Positions 1 through 52,936 of a DNA stretch of 64,000 nucleotides are shown in pieces; positions within the stretch are counted from its first letter, which is position 1, and every line of letters begins with the position of its first letter. Under the pieces are notes generated by a model, which did not search any database, had not been told where the DNA came from, and was given only the letters and a program-made list of their open reading frames with translations. Origin of the DNA: Amoebidium appalachense (Eukaryota; Protista; Ichthyosporea). The DNA lies in assembly GCA_963693365.1 (NCBI GenBank), contig CAVNZM010000013.1, positions 4,120,722 to 4,184,721 on the forward strand, written 5' to 3'. The translations under genes and the position numbers were made by a program.

Positions 1-128
1 CCTAGTCAATGGACCCTCCTCTTTCCCATTCCTCCCCCAACACAACCTCGAGCAAAAAAGAAAAGAAAAGCCGAACATAATCACAGCGTGCACACCCACT
101 CACCGGCATTGCCATCTGCCGTGCAGTC

Positions 129-15207
<15,079 letters not shown>

Positions 15208-16329
15208 TTTTGTCTTTCTATGACAAGTAGCATGGGATGTGTACGTGTGAGAAAAACGAAACCCGCGCATGAATTTCCCCAAGTTCTGTTCATTCCTTAA
15301 GCTTGTGTCTTGTTTCTCGTTGCATAAATGTTAGCATCGTACAAGACACTTGTCAAAGCATGCCACGGTTGGACGCCAAATATTCAGCGCCGAGCAATCG
15401 CACGTGAAGACATGAATGTCCCGGAATTGCAAATGGACCCACGGCCTATTTCCGTGTTTTTTCTCTCTTTTTCTGGACACTAAAATGAGCTTTGCACTTG
15501 TGCTGCCCATTTGTACAGCTTTTTTTTCTGCAAGTCACGATCTACCGTAGTCGCGCAATTTCACGTGAGCCACATCATCAGGCTTTTTGGCGCCTTTTCT
15601 TTTTTTTGCGTAAGGCCTCAAATTCCGCAAACGAGAAGCCTGGCGGCGGTGGGGGTTCTGGTGGGGGTGAACTTGGTGCACCATGTGGAGATGCGGTGTG
15701 GAGATGCGGTGTTTCTTTGTGCACATGTTTGCCAAGCGTTGCACAATCAGGCCCACCTTTACGTAAGCATATGGGAAGCTGCTTTTCTGAAAGCTGTTGT
15801 CATGCCGTTGCGGTCGATCGCCAAGTTAATGGAAAGAGAGTTTGAACTCGTGCTACCCTTTTGCTACCCACGGTGCATGTGTGCAAATTGTGGTCGTTAC
15901 ATGCGTGTTTCTCTGGGTAATAACAGAAGTAGGGAGTGATTGGTGGGTGGGTGCTCTTTTGAAACAAACATACCAAACCAAGATTACGTTTAGTTGTGGG
16001 GTAACACTACTAAATACATCCAGTATTGTTCGAGCTTGAAAGAGCAAAAGGGTAAGCACACCATCTATGTAGCAACTTTCCTGAAGAGTTCAGTAAAAAG
16101 TCCGTTTAAAAAGCAGTAAAAAAAAGGAAGGCGTTTTCCAGCGATTCAGCGTACATTTCAACAAAATATATGACACCTGTACCTTACAAAAACACCACCG
16201 AGAACAATTTTCGCACAACACCTCTAAAAAATACACATTAAACGGACAATTCCTATGTTCCGGCAACAAATCAACCCCCCCTCCTTCATATTCCCCGCTA
16301 TTGGCCCCCAGCTCCTACCTCTCAGCTAT

Positions 16330-17724
16330 CTAGGCCAAACATGCAACAGACATCATCTGATAGTACTTCCTTCCTCCCCCAAATGCTTGCACGAATGCCC
16401 AAATCTGATCGTGAAAGTACTGGATAGCGTTTTCGGGCAGCGGGAAACTTGCCAAAAGGGCAAACATCCACATCCACCTCTCAGGACCCCTGCAAAAACC
16501 CTCCCAGCACGCCTCAAAGGGGTAATCGCTCTCCTTCACCCCCTGCTGGATGAGTGTTTCCCAGTAGTACCGCACCAACTCGTTTGCATGTTTCACGAAT
16601 ATGTCCGGTTTAACGTCCGATATCAGCGTTTGTGCGATGTCGATCATCGGTTCGAACGGACCCACCTCCGACCAGTCGAAAATTGTAAGACCTTGCTGCA
16701 AACTTGAATCGTCGTTTGTGGATGCATTCTGCATAAGCATGTTGCTCCCGTGGAAGTCTCCGTGGCACAGCGAAAACGGTGTTTTCGGGTTTTGTATGTG
16801 CTTCTGGAGTTCACCCCAATCTGCACGTGCAAACGACTCGTCGATGATTGCAACGAACTCTGGCGAGAAAACGAGTTTTCCATCCGAGCCCTTTACCTTT
16901 TCCTTGGCAGCTACCCAGCACTTCCGTCCATACTCCACACCTGCCTCCCACTTTCCCCTCCCACTCCCGTTATACCACGGAGTCGTTTTCAGCCACGATG
17001 TTTTCTTTAAGTTTTCGTCGCGCCAGAACATGGCGTGCATCTTTGCAGCGTTGGCGTACATGGCTCGTAGAACGGGCAGTGGTTCGCGTGGTGGGTCGAC
17101 CGGACTAGGAATGCCCCACACCTGATTTCCGAAAAACATGTTCACACCCGTGGACACTGTTTTCTCGTTCTCCTGCAAAGCATCCAACATCAGTATAGAA
17201 TACTCGCCCAAAATGGCGGATCCGTTGGCGTATAGAACATGTGGAACGAGGGGAGCCAGTTCCTTGAAAATCCCGTCGTTGACTTCGTTGTAGAAGTACG
17301 CCTCACGATGTCCACCCAGGTTGAATACTGCGTTTCGGTTCTTTCTCCCATCGTTGCTCATCTTCAGCACAAACGTGGAAGGTGCTACGACTCGCGTGCT
17401 GCCTCCGTTCTCGGCCACATAGGTGACGTGCAACTTGGACATGGCCCCAATGAACCCTCTGTTTTCATCCAAACCCCCTACCTTCACCCCCGAAACGTGT
17501 TGTTTTGGGCTGAGAAATCCCTCCTTTCTTAGTGTGCGGGTGAGCCACAGAGCAGAGACGTACGAGTCTCCGGGACGTGGGGCGAACCCAACACCCGGAA
17601 GGATAGAGAGTGTTTTGCGTAAAAGACGAAAAATAACGGAGAGAGGTTGGGCCAAAAGGGAACGGATAAAGCCCTTCCACACGTACGTGTTACGCCTCAG
17701 GCCACTTAATACGGGTTTTTGCAT
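16330..17724 (-). CDS. Intronless APH/choline kinase/ecdysteroid-kinase-like (EcKL) phosphotransferase, 464 aa
   Basis: Clean ORF from the first ATG (MQKPV) at 17724. Motifs: FVLK (ATP Lys), REAYFY, Brenner motif HGDFHGSN, IFDWSE, LVRYYWETL. Confidence 0.85.
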   Translation of the reverse strand: MQKPVLSGLRRNTYVWKGFIRSLLAQPLSVIFRLLRKTLSILPGVGFAPRPGDSYVSALWLTRTLRKEGFLSPKQHVSGVKVGGLDENRGFIGAMSKLHVTYVAENGGSTRVVAPSTFVLKMSNDGRKNRNAVFNLGGHREAYFYNEVNDGIFKELAPLVPHVLYANGSAILGEYSILMLDALQENEKTVSTGVNMFFGNQVWGIPSPVDPPREPLPVLRAMYANAAKMHAMFWRDENLKKTSWLKTTPWYNGSGRGKWEAGVEYGRKCWVAAKEKVKGSDGKLVFSPEFVAIIDESFARADWGELQKHIQNPKTPFSLCHGDFHGSNMLMQNASTNDDSSLQQGLTIFDWSEVGPFEPMIDIAQTLISDVKPDIFVKHANELVRYYWETLIQQGVKESDYPFEACWEGFCRGPERWMWMFALLASFPLPENAIQYFHDQIWAFVQAFGGGRKYYQMMSVACLA

Positions 17725-18655
17725 GGTGGTAGCGGCACTCACGTGGTATATACTAATGGCAAAAATCAAAGTAACCGAATATATGATGTGTATGAGAGTA
17801 TAAGGTGGGGCTTTGACTAGGACGCTGAAAAAATAAAATACTGAACACCCTGTTTACATGTGTGCGGCCTTGTGACATAACTTGGCCTTGCGCATCGCAC
17901 CAATACAGGAACGACCATATTTTTTCTATTGCGTAAGAGATGACCAATCAATGTTTGCAGTATATTAATTCAAATTACCATTGGCTATCACCGACACCAG
18001 GCGGGAAAATAACGGCTGCTCAGTGAAGGAGTGCCACAAGGCAGCACCCAACACCCACGAAGATTCGAAACGACTTCCAGAAGTCATATGCATACTATAT
18101 ATTAGCTAAGGATCGCGTGACAACTTAGCTCGGTCAGAGACTAGCAAACGAACCAGACTCTCGCGTTTTTACTTGCATTATAGGTTCTATCTCGCAAGAG
18201 CTCTTCTCAACGCCGATTCACACGTTAGCCTCGCCCATGCACAAAAACACAGAAATACGGAATAAAAACCCACCAGGACACTCCCCTTTCTCCTTTCTCG
18301 TCCCTACGGCCGCGCTTCCTCACTCTTTTAACCTCTTCATACACACACACACGCACACCGTAACGTCTAAAATTTTATGGAGAGTGACACGCTAAAGGAC
18401 ACAAGCACCCACATGCAAACGTTCAAGATCGGTCACACTTAATCTATTACTTCTGGTCTCCTCAAGGCTTGCTATATCCTTCTTTGTTTTGAAGCACCAA
18501 CAACGAGGGCCTCTTTAACAGAATATTTCGATCGAATAAATTTCCTTTGCCAGCCCTAACGTGCCTGGTTTTCGTCCTGCTAGATCTAAGTCGAGATCCT
18601 ACGGATCTGAAACGGACACAGGTGTCATAGACGCTCGGTGCGGGCACCCATAAAC

Positions 18656-29219
<10,564 letters not shown>

Positions 29220-29625
29220 TATTGAACCGACGTTGTTAGAAGAGAAAATGGTGCCATTTATGGGTGCAAGTGAGAGTAATCATGCTGTTTTAAAGATGTA
29301 GACTCAAGAGAGTAGTGCTTCTGTTTTTAGGTCGTGTTCATAATCAAAGTGTTTGGAACAGTTTTGTATCAGCGTCAAAAGTAGTGTTGTTGTGGGGGTG
29401 TGTTTCAATAAACTGGTTTGGCAATACCGGGTTTTGTTTTTCTGCGCAAGGAGCAGTGTACGCGGGGCTGCCCGGAGAGAGGGGGGGGGGGGTTAAAAGA
29501 CCATCATTGTCACATGATACGCACTTGCAAGTGTATTTATTCTTCACTTTTAGGTATACGGCTGGCAGGACCAGCTATTGCATACAGAGAAAAGGAATGC
29601 ACAGCTGTGTCGCTTTGCGACCAAA

Positions 29626-29676
<51 letters not shown>

Positions 29677-30710
29677 AGAAAAAAATTAAGAAAGAAAAAA
29701 AAAGGCTTGCACGCACACACACAAATTAAACTTTGGCACACACACGCACACGCACACAGGCACATAGACAGAGAACACACCTACACATACACACGGTAAC
29801 GCATGCCCGAGAAACACCACACCATGCTCTGCACACATTTTGTACCACCTTTAACACCTTGGTGCTTGCTAATTTTGTGTCGTTATCGTGTGTAGTACCA
29901 CCACCAGGCGCACATCCTTTGCCTAACTTTAGGCAATCACAATTTTAGCTAACTGCCTCTCCTCCAACAAGAAATTACTCTTCAAAGGTTTAGAAATTAT
30001 GTAGCGCAGAGCATGTGCACATGTGTACCCTTGAATTAAATGCAGTAACCAATTTCATGACGTGTAGTGCAATCGATATGCTGCCGAAACCTTCATTTTT
30101 TACACGAGTGTCATCCACACCGCACCTACAATGATTTGCATCAATGAAACCCTTCAGTTTTCAATAGGTTGATGCACGGTGACAACTTTCTGAGTGAAGG
30201 CTACATGGCAGCTATTTGGAAGTGCAACGTCAACGTTATCGTTTCATGTTTCAACGTTCGTTGCATCGGGCTATTCATTTAGTGTGCGTTTTGGTTGGCA
30301 TATTATCACGCAATATCTCTTGCTTTGTATTCGATTGGTGCTATCCTATTGGCTTATACAGCACCACTTTGAGGGAGGCAAATTGACTATCGTAAATCTG
30401 AGGTCCTTGCGAGCATTGTGCTCAGGCTCAAACGCACTTTTTCCCTTTCAAACGAAAAACAGCTTGGTGTTACATGGCATGTTTTTTCTATTAGCTCTGC
30501 TAAACAGTGTAATACACCTTATTTTTGGACGTATTGAGACACTAGGAATTTCTAGTAGTATGCATGAAAATTATCTAAGTTTGGAACACACAAGCAAACA
30601 TGGGGAAGACTGTGTCCTTAAAAGTGACTCCCCAACACCCGTAGAAAGCTCCAGGAAGGGTCTCACAACAAACGTTTTTATAAAACCTAGGCGAAAGCAT
30701 AACTATAGAG

Positions 30711-34591
<3,881 letters not shown>

Positions 34592-35020
34592 TTTGTTAGC
34601 AGTGTAATATCATATGAAACCCCCCCTCCCCCTAGCCCCCCCAGCAAACACACACATAGTAACGACGAGGGGACGGATGGTGTTGTATATTGCTTCTGAT
34701 ATCTCGAAGAAGAGCTTAGTTTGTGTGTAATTTGATATGAACATGGGGTTGTGGGGGAGGGGGAAGGGTGGGTGGGGGGGGAGGGGGGGGGGGGGGGGGG
34801 GTCATGTGCTGTTATTACGTATATATCTAATCAAGACATTTTACGAAAGCGTTTGTGGAGTCCGGTATTTCGTATATAGTGTGTGCATGACTTAGTGATT
34901 TGATTCGGTTATGCTGTTGGAGTGTGCGCCTGTATACACATACACACAAACAGGCGCGCAGGCGCACCACACACGCACACGTACATGCGCAGGACCACAT
35001 GTGTGTGCGTACACGTGCAC

Positions 35021-35083
<63 letters not shown>

Positions 35084-35628
35084 TACTGGTGCTAGAATCA
35101 GCGCATACAGAGTCGACTACGGGTACACATATACACCGTGCAAGTTTGTACCCAGTCTGTCACTGAAAAATTAAAGCTATACGAAGGCCCGCCGTGTCAA
35201 ACGAAAACTGAGCCTACAAGTGATATATGTGCATGTTGTATGGCATATATAGCTGACGACCCGGATTCCTTGCAAAAACGGAATACTCGTCAGTCTAATG
35301 AATACTCGTCAGTCTAACACGGTGACATTTTTTTGCTGGCAATCGAAAGGGAATTTACTTGATACATTTGGACTTCCTCCTGTATCACATAACTACATAA
35401 CTCAACAGATATGGGGATAGATGAAGTGTGAGGAAATCTTAGGCTTTATAACTTCACCGATTGAAGCAAGACCTATATATAGGCAGCAACCCTAGCCCCC
35501 CCCCCCCCCCCCCCTCTCTCTATCTCTCTCTCTCCCCCCTCTCCCTCTCTCTCTGGCTCCCCCCCCCCCCCCCATCTCTCTCTCTCCCTTCACCTCCCCC
35601 CCCCCCCCCCTCCCCTCCCCCCCCCCCC

Positions 35629-35661
<33 letters not shown>

Positions 35662-36401
35662 CCACACGGCCACACCGCCCCACCCCTTGCCCTCATGACC
35701 CACACCCCAGCGTATCAAGATTCCCGATTTCGAGGCCACGAAACACTGTATCAGGAACAGAAACACTGTCAAAACCATTCACCCTTTCCTTTCTGATTGA
35801 CCCAGACCTACGTAATATGTATAGGCATCTATATAATCAGTCACCGGGAGATCATACATCATACAGTACATGTACAACATCTTCAACTTCTTAACGTTGT
35901 TCTTTATTCCACGGCTAGTTGAGATATCAGTCAATCGCAAAAGCACACCAGGAGCTTGAGGCCAAGAAACAGCAAGTCTGTTGCTATAGCTAACTAAGTA
36001 CCACTTGCGATGAAATATAAATGCGTGGCAAATCATAGTAGCTTAAAAACGGACACAAGCCGCATGGCTTTTTGGTGTCGCCACCCTTAAAGAGCTCAAA
36101 AAAAACAAAAAAACCCATGATCACGTGCACATGAACCCGATGTGACCATTAAACATAATCGAATATAATATTGGCCGCTCTCTTCGGCCAATCCAGCGAC
36201 TCAAAATCATGGGCACCGTGGACATATGTAGATATACAAAAGTATTAGATCTAGCTATCCTTATGTTTATGGTCATTCACTACACGGCCATGCCCGTGCC
36301 TGCGCAGTGCATGCATGCCCTATGTGTGTGCGCCTGCATGCATGCGTGTGCGCCTGCATGCATGCGTGTGCGTGTGTCACCACAGAACAGGGCACAAACA
36401 C

Positions 36402-36432
<31 letters not shown>

Positions 36433-36477
36433 GCGCGCACACACACATGAAAAACACACACACCACACACCCGCCGT

Positions 36478-36740
36478 AGGCACTTGCATACATCATGCAT
36501 GGCATAAAACATTAACGGGGTCACCTGATTCGCTAAACTTTTTCTTTTAAATATTAGTTGCACAGGCACTTGCATACATCATGCATGTCGTAAACTTAAC
36601 GGGGTCACCTGATTCGCTAAACTTTGCCTGTTGAATATTTTGTTGCATAGGCACTTGCATACATCATGCATGGCGTAAAATTTAACGGGGTCACCTGATT
36701 GGCTAACTTTTTAAACATATTTTTATTGCACTGGCGGCAT
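36478..36740. repeat. Tandem repeat, 85-bp period, 3 copies plus a fragment
   Basis: aggcacttgcatacatcatgcatg...ttaacggggtcacctgattcgctaaactt starts at ~36478, ~36563 and ~36648. Confidence 0.9.
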
Positions 36741-37288
36741 GCCCAAGAGACCAGCTCAACTGGTGCAGGCCGCGGTCAGGCCCTGCTGTCGCGTCGACCG
36801 TACACATTCGTAGATATGTCTTGGGTGGGATATACTCAAATCTCCTGCGTTGGATATACTCATACAGAAAATGTGCAAATGTGCGGGAAAAGCTATCCTA
36901 CTCGTTCCAACTCCTTCATCATTACTCAGATCAGCCCTGGAAAAAAAAAAAAAAAAAAAAAAAAAAAGGGAAGAAAACAGCACAAATGCACACGCGTGCT
37001 AGTTTGTATTTGTGTCACCCATGGAGACGTATGCAAGGTTTGAAGATGGTTGGTATTAGACAGCACGAATAAGCTATGTTCATCGATAATTGCTTAAAAG
37101 GTCTATGCGCATGTGTTTTTGCGTGTGTGCGTGCTTGCGCGTGCGCGTGTACCTGTATCTCTCTCTCTCTCTGTCTCACTCCCTTTGTGTGTGTGTGTGC
37201 ACGTCAATGTGTAATTCACCTTGTCACACCTTTCCATTCCGTTCTATCTCAACTAACATGCAAAGAAGAATCGAGGCTGGTGACACAA

Positions 37289-37829
37289 TCACCGCCGACC
37301 GTGTTCCTCCTCCTCCTCCTCCCCCTCTGCACCCTCCCCAATACCAAGGAAGCATGCCATCACCACCAGTCCAATCATAAACGACATGGTCACAAGTGCC
37401 TTCCTCTTGCTGTGACGGAACGCCGCTGGAAGAAGCTCGTGGATGCAAATGAAGAGGATCATGCCTGTGTGCATGTGCGTGTGTGTGTGTGTGTGTGTTG
37501 GGCGGGGGGAGGGGGGAGGAGGGGGAGAGAGAGGGGGGAAGTTGTTAGAATGCTTTACACAGATGGAAACGAACAACAAGGGGAGAAGATGGGGTGGAGG
37601 GGGGAGGTGGGGGGGGGGGGGGGGGGGGGGGGGGGGGTGCCCTTCGATGAAGCCTGCATGGGATGTGTGTGTGTAATCTGCTAAACGAATGTTATCCATA
37701 GAAGCCATGCTGGGTGGGTGGGGTTTGTGTGTACGTGTGCGTGTGCGTTTGTTTCTCTGATATATACATATATATTATTTGAGAGGGGTATGAACTATAT
37801 GTTTTTTTTTTTTGTGGGTTTGTGGGGGT

Positions 37830-37862
<33 letters not shown>

Positions 37863-38009
37863 TGTTACCCGAAGCCATGCCGAAGAGGGAGCCGTAGAGG
37901 GCAGGGCTTGCAGAGTTGCGGAATGCGGCATAGGCAATGGCGGCACTGACTGGGAGCATCATGCCGGCTACAAACGTGTAGGGGAAGGCAATCCACTTGC
38001 TGTGGTGGG

Positions 38010-38095
<86 letters not shown>

Positions 38096-41000
38096 TTGGG
38101 GGGCGGGGGGGAGGGGGTGGGGGGAAGAGGGGTTAGGACTTTATGTATGATATTTTCTAAGGACCCCCATCGAGGGGGGGGGGGGGGGTTTACAGAGTGC
38201 GAAGTACACATCCATGACGAGCAGCGACGCAGATTGCAGGGGGCGAGGGGGAGGGAGGGGGGAGGGGGGGGGGGAGAGGTAGAACACCCTAGAATAGGGA
38301 GTACACACATTCACGACGACCAACACAATTCCTGTGCATGTGTGTATTTGTGTGGGTTGCGGGTTCGGTATACTACTTTTTAATTGGGTGTGTTGTGGGT
38401 TAGGTAGAAGACACACTTTCATGTGTTTGCTGGTATTTGTTAAGTGTTTGGCGTTATGTCTAATCACATACTATGTTGTATTTGATATAACAAACAAACT
38501 ATTATATGATTGCATGTGTTTGGGGTTAGAAATATAATACATACTTTCCCGTGGCGTAATACATGGGCATAGCTATGCCGATACCCTCCGGGATGGAGTG
38601 AAGAATCATTGCAAGGCACAGGGCAACACCAATGCGCTCATTGGCCAACCCGGCAATAAATGTGGCGACACCTTCGGGGAAGTTGTGGATACCAAGGGCA
38701 ACGGCTGTGGGGAAAAAAACAAACGGGTTAGATTAGGAAAAAAAGGTAGAGATGAAGTTGGATTTATGAAGCTGGGCGTTGTTAAAAAATAGTAACATGG
38801 TTACTCAGCGAGCATTTTATTGATGGAGAAGTCAAAGACACGACAACAGAAAGATGTTTTGCAATAATATATGTGCATGAAAACTGTATAGACACGCACA
38901 CAAACACGCAGCCACGGGACTGAGTGAATACATACACAAAGACCACACCAGCCCCACCCTAATGTCACAAACTAACACCGTGTACACCAGCAAACAGAAA
39001 CACACATGAGCACGCATTCATACACATATAAGCCCAAATCATGTTCCCACGACAAGTGACATGTGCAACTTACACACCCTCAACAAGAACAGCAGACATG
39101 CACACAATACATGTTACTCAGCACGCACACACGCCTACAGACACACACACACTCCCACGTACAGACACACAAACACACAAGCACGTACCCTGCAGGATGC
39201 TCATGTGCTTGAGGCTCATCTTCTCATCCGTGCTCAGGTCTCCACTCAGCAGATCATCATCCCCCTGCTTGTTCTGTGCACTCTCCATCCCATTCACCTC
39301 CACCACAGCAGAACCGTTTGCGGGCACCAAGTCATCTGCCTTTTTGGTCGACACATCGGTGTCATCGACGGCCGCCCTACTGTTGGGAGGTGTGTGCTTA
39401 ATAACACGAACACTTGGTTATTTTATAAGTGCTAAATTTGGTGTGCTTGTGCTATTGTAAGTTATGTCTGGTATTGTATTGTTCTGCGATAAACGTGAGC
39501 TGGTGTGGCTTGTGGTGACAAAAAGTCTTATAATTGACACGGGGACTGAGACATTCACTAACATTGAAACCATGTCGTTGTCCAATGCTGCACTATTGTC
39601 AATGGTTTCTTCAATCTGCACACACCTGCAGTCGGCACTCACCATCATGAATCATATGCTCAATATGTATAAGGATTTGAAGTGGTACTTGGGGGGTAAA
39701 GCCTACGTTGCTGTACGTACGAGTAGCGGCTTAGTTCGAAAACTTAACAGCTTAAAAAGATGTGAACACATGCGAGCTAGGGAGGGGGGGGGGGGAGGGG
39801 GGGGGGAGGGGAGGGAGGGAGAGAGGGAGAGAGAGAGAGATAGAGAGAGAGTGAGTGAGAGAGAGAGAGAGAGAGAGAGGAGAGTAACACACAGAAAGAG
39901 AGTGAGAGTGAGAGAGAGAGATAGAAGAGGGGGAGGGGGGGGGGGGGGGGGGGGGGAGAACGAGGGGGCACCCACTTGTTCAAGGCCTGTTGCTCCCTTG
40001 CTGCTTCCTTTGCCTTTGTTCGTTTAATGTCATGGTCCTGTCATAGCCATGGTGAGTTAGGAGGAAAATGATAAGCCATGTATTTTTGGAAGGACATATC
40101 AGAAGCAAAAGGGAGCAGCAGAAGGCAAAGTTCCTCCTTCAATTTTGGCAGTCGGTGTAGCAATAAGCAAAAAAAATAAAAAAATCCGTGCTTTCAAACG
40201 AGCGACACATGCAATTTTCAACACGAGCCTCCGGTCCGCTTACACTGTAAGAAACAACAGTGTGCAAGGGAAAACCTGCACGGTACCGGTAACATGTGTA
40301 TGGGCGGTACACAATGCACGATTGCGATGATTTTCCTCGTTGTTTTAGTGGAATGTCATGGAAAAATGACAGTCACGGTGCAAGCAGTACCTTCAGTTTG
40401 TGTGACGCCACCTCCAGCAGAGCAGTGAAGAGGGTGCCGGCAACCAGACAGCCAATAGTAGCAAAGTACGCCTTCAGCTCCGAGTGAAGCGTGCAGTCGA
40501 AAAACTCAACCGACTGTGTGTGGGACGGGGGTCAAAAGAGAAAAAATTGAAGGTAAGATGTTTTGTAAGATGTTTCGTAAGTGTTGACCAGTGTGTTGAC
40601 CAGGTTTGAAGATGCGGCGACTATATTAGGGTAGCGCATACCTAGTTAACCTGGGTCATTCTTCCTTGCTGTAGTGGGTGCTTAGCCTTAGCCAGGGCAA
40701 CTTTTAGGCATTCCAAAATAAAAAAAGGTATTTACTGAGGAAAATTTCATGCATTTGGTACGGTGAACGATGAAAATATACGCACCTCCTTGAAGACCTC
40801 CGTGAGTGCAATGTAGATGAGAACACCGGCGGCAAACGCAAGCCCCGCAGCCAAAGGCTCCGTGTTGTTGCGCCGGACTGGGGATGGAACCATGTTAGTA
40901 CTGTGTGCAGGCTGGGAGGAAGCGTGCAAGTTTCCTTTTTGCGCTATTTCTTTTACACATGTTTCTGCACAACACAGAATCTTCGCGTCTGTTTAGCTAC

Positions 41001-41188
41001 ACACAGCCTATGCACGAGGACATGGTAGGCACCCCTCCTTGCTCGCGCCCCATTTACATTTTACGTGCCAACTTACCAAATGGCAAGAGGGGAGCCGCGG
41101 CGCCGATGTTAATCGACAGACCGGCCAATACGGTCAGGCCGAAGGCAAGGCCGACATTGCCCTCCCCAAGAGTGTCACACAGCCCCAT
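37289..41188 (-). CDS. ZIP (SLC39/ZupT-like) divalent metal transporter, 8 exons, 348 aa
   Basis: Exons 41188-41077, 40877-40786, 40513-40391, 40037-39976, 39379-39189, 38704-38545, 37999-37869, 37464-37289 total 1047 nt in frame. Motifs: [21 protein letters not shown] (TM4), [12 protein letters not shown] (TM5), [14 protein letters not shown]-terminus [11 protein letters not shown]. Confidence 0.92.
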
Positions 41189-42824
41189 TCTTGCACACGC
41201 AACAACACACAACACAGAAAACACAAAAGGGAAACGAAGCGGAACTGCAGGAGTTGAGGTGGCAGCTGCGTTGAAGGGCTCCGATGAGATGCGGCAACAC
41301 AAAACGAATATAAACGCAATTGTAGTGGTATTATTGGGTTAGAAAAAACTAATACTTTTTACGTCAATTACAACCCAGAAATATCATGAACGACAAGGTC
41401 GCGTGCGTGGTTTTGATCCACTCGGAAAGCACCCTGAGATGATAAGGACTCGCTTCAGTAACAAAGCCAACAAAGCTCGGAGTATGCTCTACAGAAGAGG
41501 TTAATAGAGATATTTTTGGGGAAAAAAAAAGAATGCCAGAAAACCAAAGGGGTTAATGTGTTTTTGGCCGTGTCTCAGAGGCCCGTCGTATCCGAATCTG
41601 CATGTGGCTGCCACTGCGGCTGGTCCCCCCGCCGGAGCATCTTTGATATATACTATACGCGTGCGCATTCACGTGAAAAAATCTATTTTTAGCTTGAACA
41701 AAACTGAGTGCGGTAATATCCGATAATCGGGCTCCACTCGCTTTTACTGCTCAGTAATAAATTAGAATATGATATTTTTCTCTAATATTTAAAAATTGAA
41801 CAAAAAATTATTTATTTATTTTTATAACCATGATATTATGTATATGCAAAAAAGCTTCAAACTTTAGACCATGGCGGGCAGCCAATGACGATGCACCGGC
41901 CAGTCTTCTAGAATGTTCGTCCAATGAAAATGTTTCAAAGATCATAGCCTGATGTATATAATATGCTGCTGCTTATCACATTGTTTTATCATGAAAGGAA
42001 GAAAAAGGCACAAAACAATTGCTATCTAAATATTTCCGTAACTTGTATTTTTTACAACGCTAGCATGCACTTAGTTGAGTTCAATGTTGTGACCAAGTCA
42101 GTTGAAGTCACCTGAGCTTGGGCACGACACCGTGTTTGCTCAGGAATTCACGTGAAAATGCCCAGGAAACGGATCTTTTAGACTGACTAGTCACTGCCAT
42201 GACATTAAAATTCAAAAGTGGTTGTGAAAAATTAAACAAATGCAAGATATTACACGACAAAGCTTTAGGAATCAGATCTTTGTATCCAAGAAAAAATGTG
42301 CAGTTGTTTTTATTCTAAATTTAATTTTATTACCTTTTTTTAGCTTATCGAGCATGTAAGATTCGCTCCAAACGTAGGACGGGTCAATTTTGAACCAGGG
42401 CTTCGAATTCTATTTATGCATAGCCAGGCAAAGCATTGCCTTGATTTCCAAATGCATTATATTCAAACACTGCGGAAAAAATCCACATTAACTTTTATAC
42501 AATATATCTAAATAAAAAAAGAAGACAATGCTATGTGCTAATAATGCAGTTGGCATCATCTTCGCTTGCATTCCGAATTTCACCACCGTCGCCACTTGCC
42601 ACTGGGCAATGCAGCAATGCATCTGTTTATGCATTCTTCGTAGCCAATAGCTGTGCAGTAAACAATGCAGGCGATTGCCGGGTTTGTTTGGGTGCACGCG
42701 GTACTTGGAACAGTGGCGCCAAAAGTTCTCTCCAAGCCATGCCATCGCATCCATAAGGTTTATGTTGCCCCAAGTACCCATCCACTATTGGTAGAGGGGG
42801 CACCCTTATTGTAAAGTATCAAAC
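41189..42824. promoter_or_regulatory. Divergent (bidirectional) intergenic/promoter region between the two ZIP paralogues
   Basis: 1.6 kb, AT-rich and free of microsatellites, between the ATGs at 41188(-) and 42825(+). It contains ATTCACGTGAAAA twice (41667, 42146). Confidence 0.55.
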
Positions 42825-52144
<9,320 letters not shown>

Positions 52145-52936
52145 GGGGTGTTTGAAATGTAGTATTGGAAGGTGAGGTGTATAGGAGTTGTTAGGTTGAA
52201 AGAGGCCCAAGCCTTGAAGTACTTCCTTTAAAGTATTTTTAAAAGAAAATCTCTGCACGCTCTGTCCCAAGGCTTCCATATGCATTCGCTCGTGTGTTTA
52301 CTTTTTCGACGGCAGTGATGATGATGGTATGTGTGTGTGTGTGTGTGTGTGTGTCACACGGTGACTGTGTGTGTGTGCGTTTCGTGGGGGCAGGGGGGAG
52401 GGGGGGGGGGGGGGGGGAGTGTGAGGTATGTGCAGTCTATATTCTTTTTAATCCATTTTGTTTTTTTGGTACTTTGGCGATGTTTTGGTATGATTCTTCA
52501 TTGAAAGTGAACCACCCGTAATCGTATGTGAGAACAGGCTGATACGCGTATACATATAATATAGTCAGGCGCAAACACAAGGAATGGGGGGAAATTGCAG
52601 AGCCCCCAGACAATCTTGCATGCGGCCAATCTAACATTCCGTCCCAGCGAGGGGCGAATCTGGAGGCCGGACCTCTAGGAAATATAACGTAGGCTGGATT
52701 TATGTCATGCATCATGCCAGCGATATAGTGTGCAAGTCCCAAAAAACGGGGGAAGTCTTCACCCCGTGAAAAACAGCAATTATGTGTGGATCAATGGGGG
52801 TTGAGTGTCGGTGTAGGTGAGTGGGTGAAAAGGAATATATAGCTGTAAGGCTGTGGGTGCTAAACACAGAAGATGTGTTTGTAGCTTGCTGATCTGCTAA
52901 AAACTGTCGTGCTTATATACCTAAGCCTACCGATCT

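Noticed and set aside
15492-15939. Overlapping ORFs between the PARP-E2 and kinase genes
   Set aside because: Non-ATG starts and no motifs; more likely promoter or UTR sequence.
35779-36036. 85-aa minus-strand ORF that looks protein-like
   Set aside because: No recognisable motif and no consistent neighbouring exons.
36478-36740. 85-bp repeats as CRISPR or a structured RNA array
   Set aside because: The whole units are repeated, including the would-be spacers. This is an ordinary tandem repeat.
39570-39616. Possible extra loop exon ([15 protein letters not shown]) in the minus-strand ZIP
   Set aside because: The flanking exons already join in frame and the donor is weak. It cannot be supported without RNA data.
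52437-52742. 101-aa minus-strand ORF downstream of the YR element as an accessory ORF
   Set aside because: No ATG context or recognisable domain, so it is not supportable.
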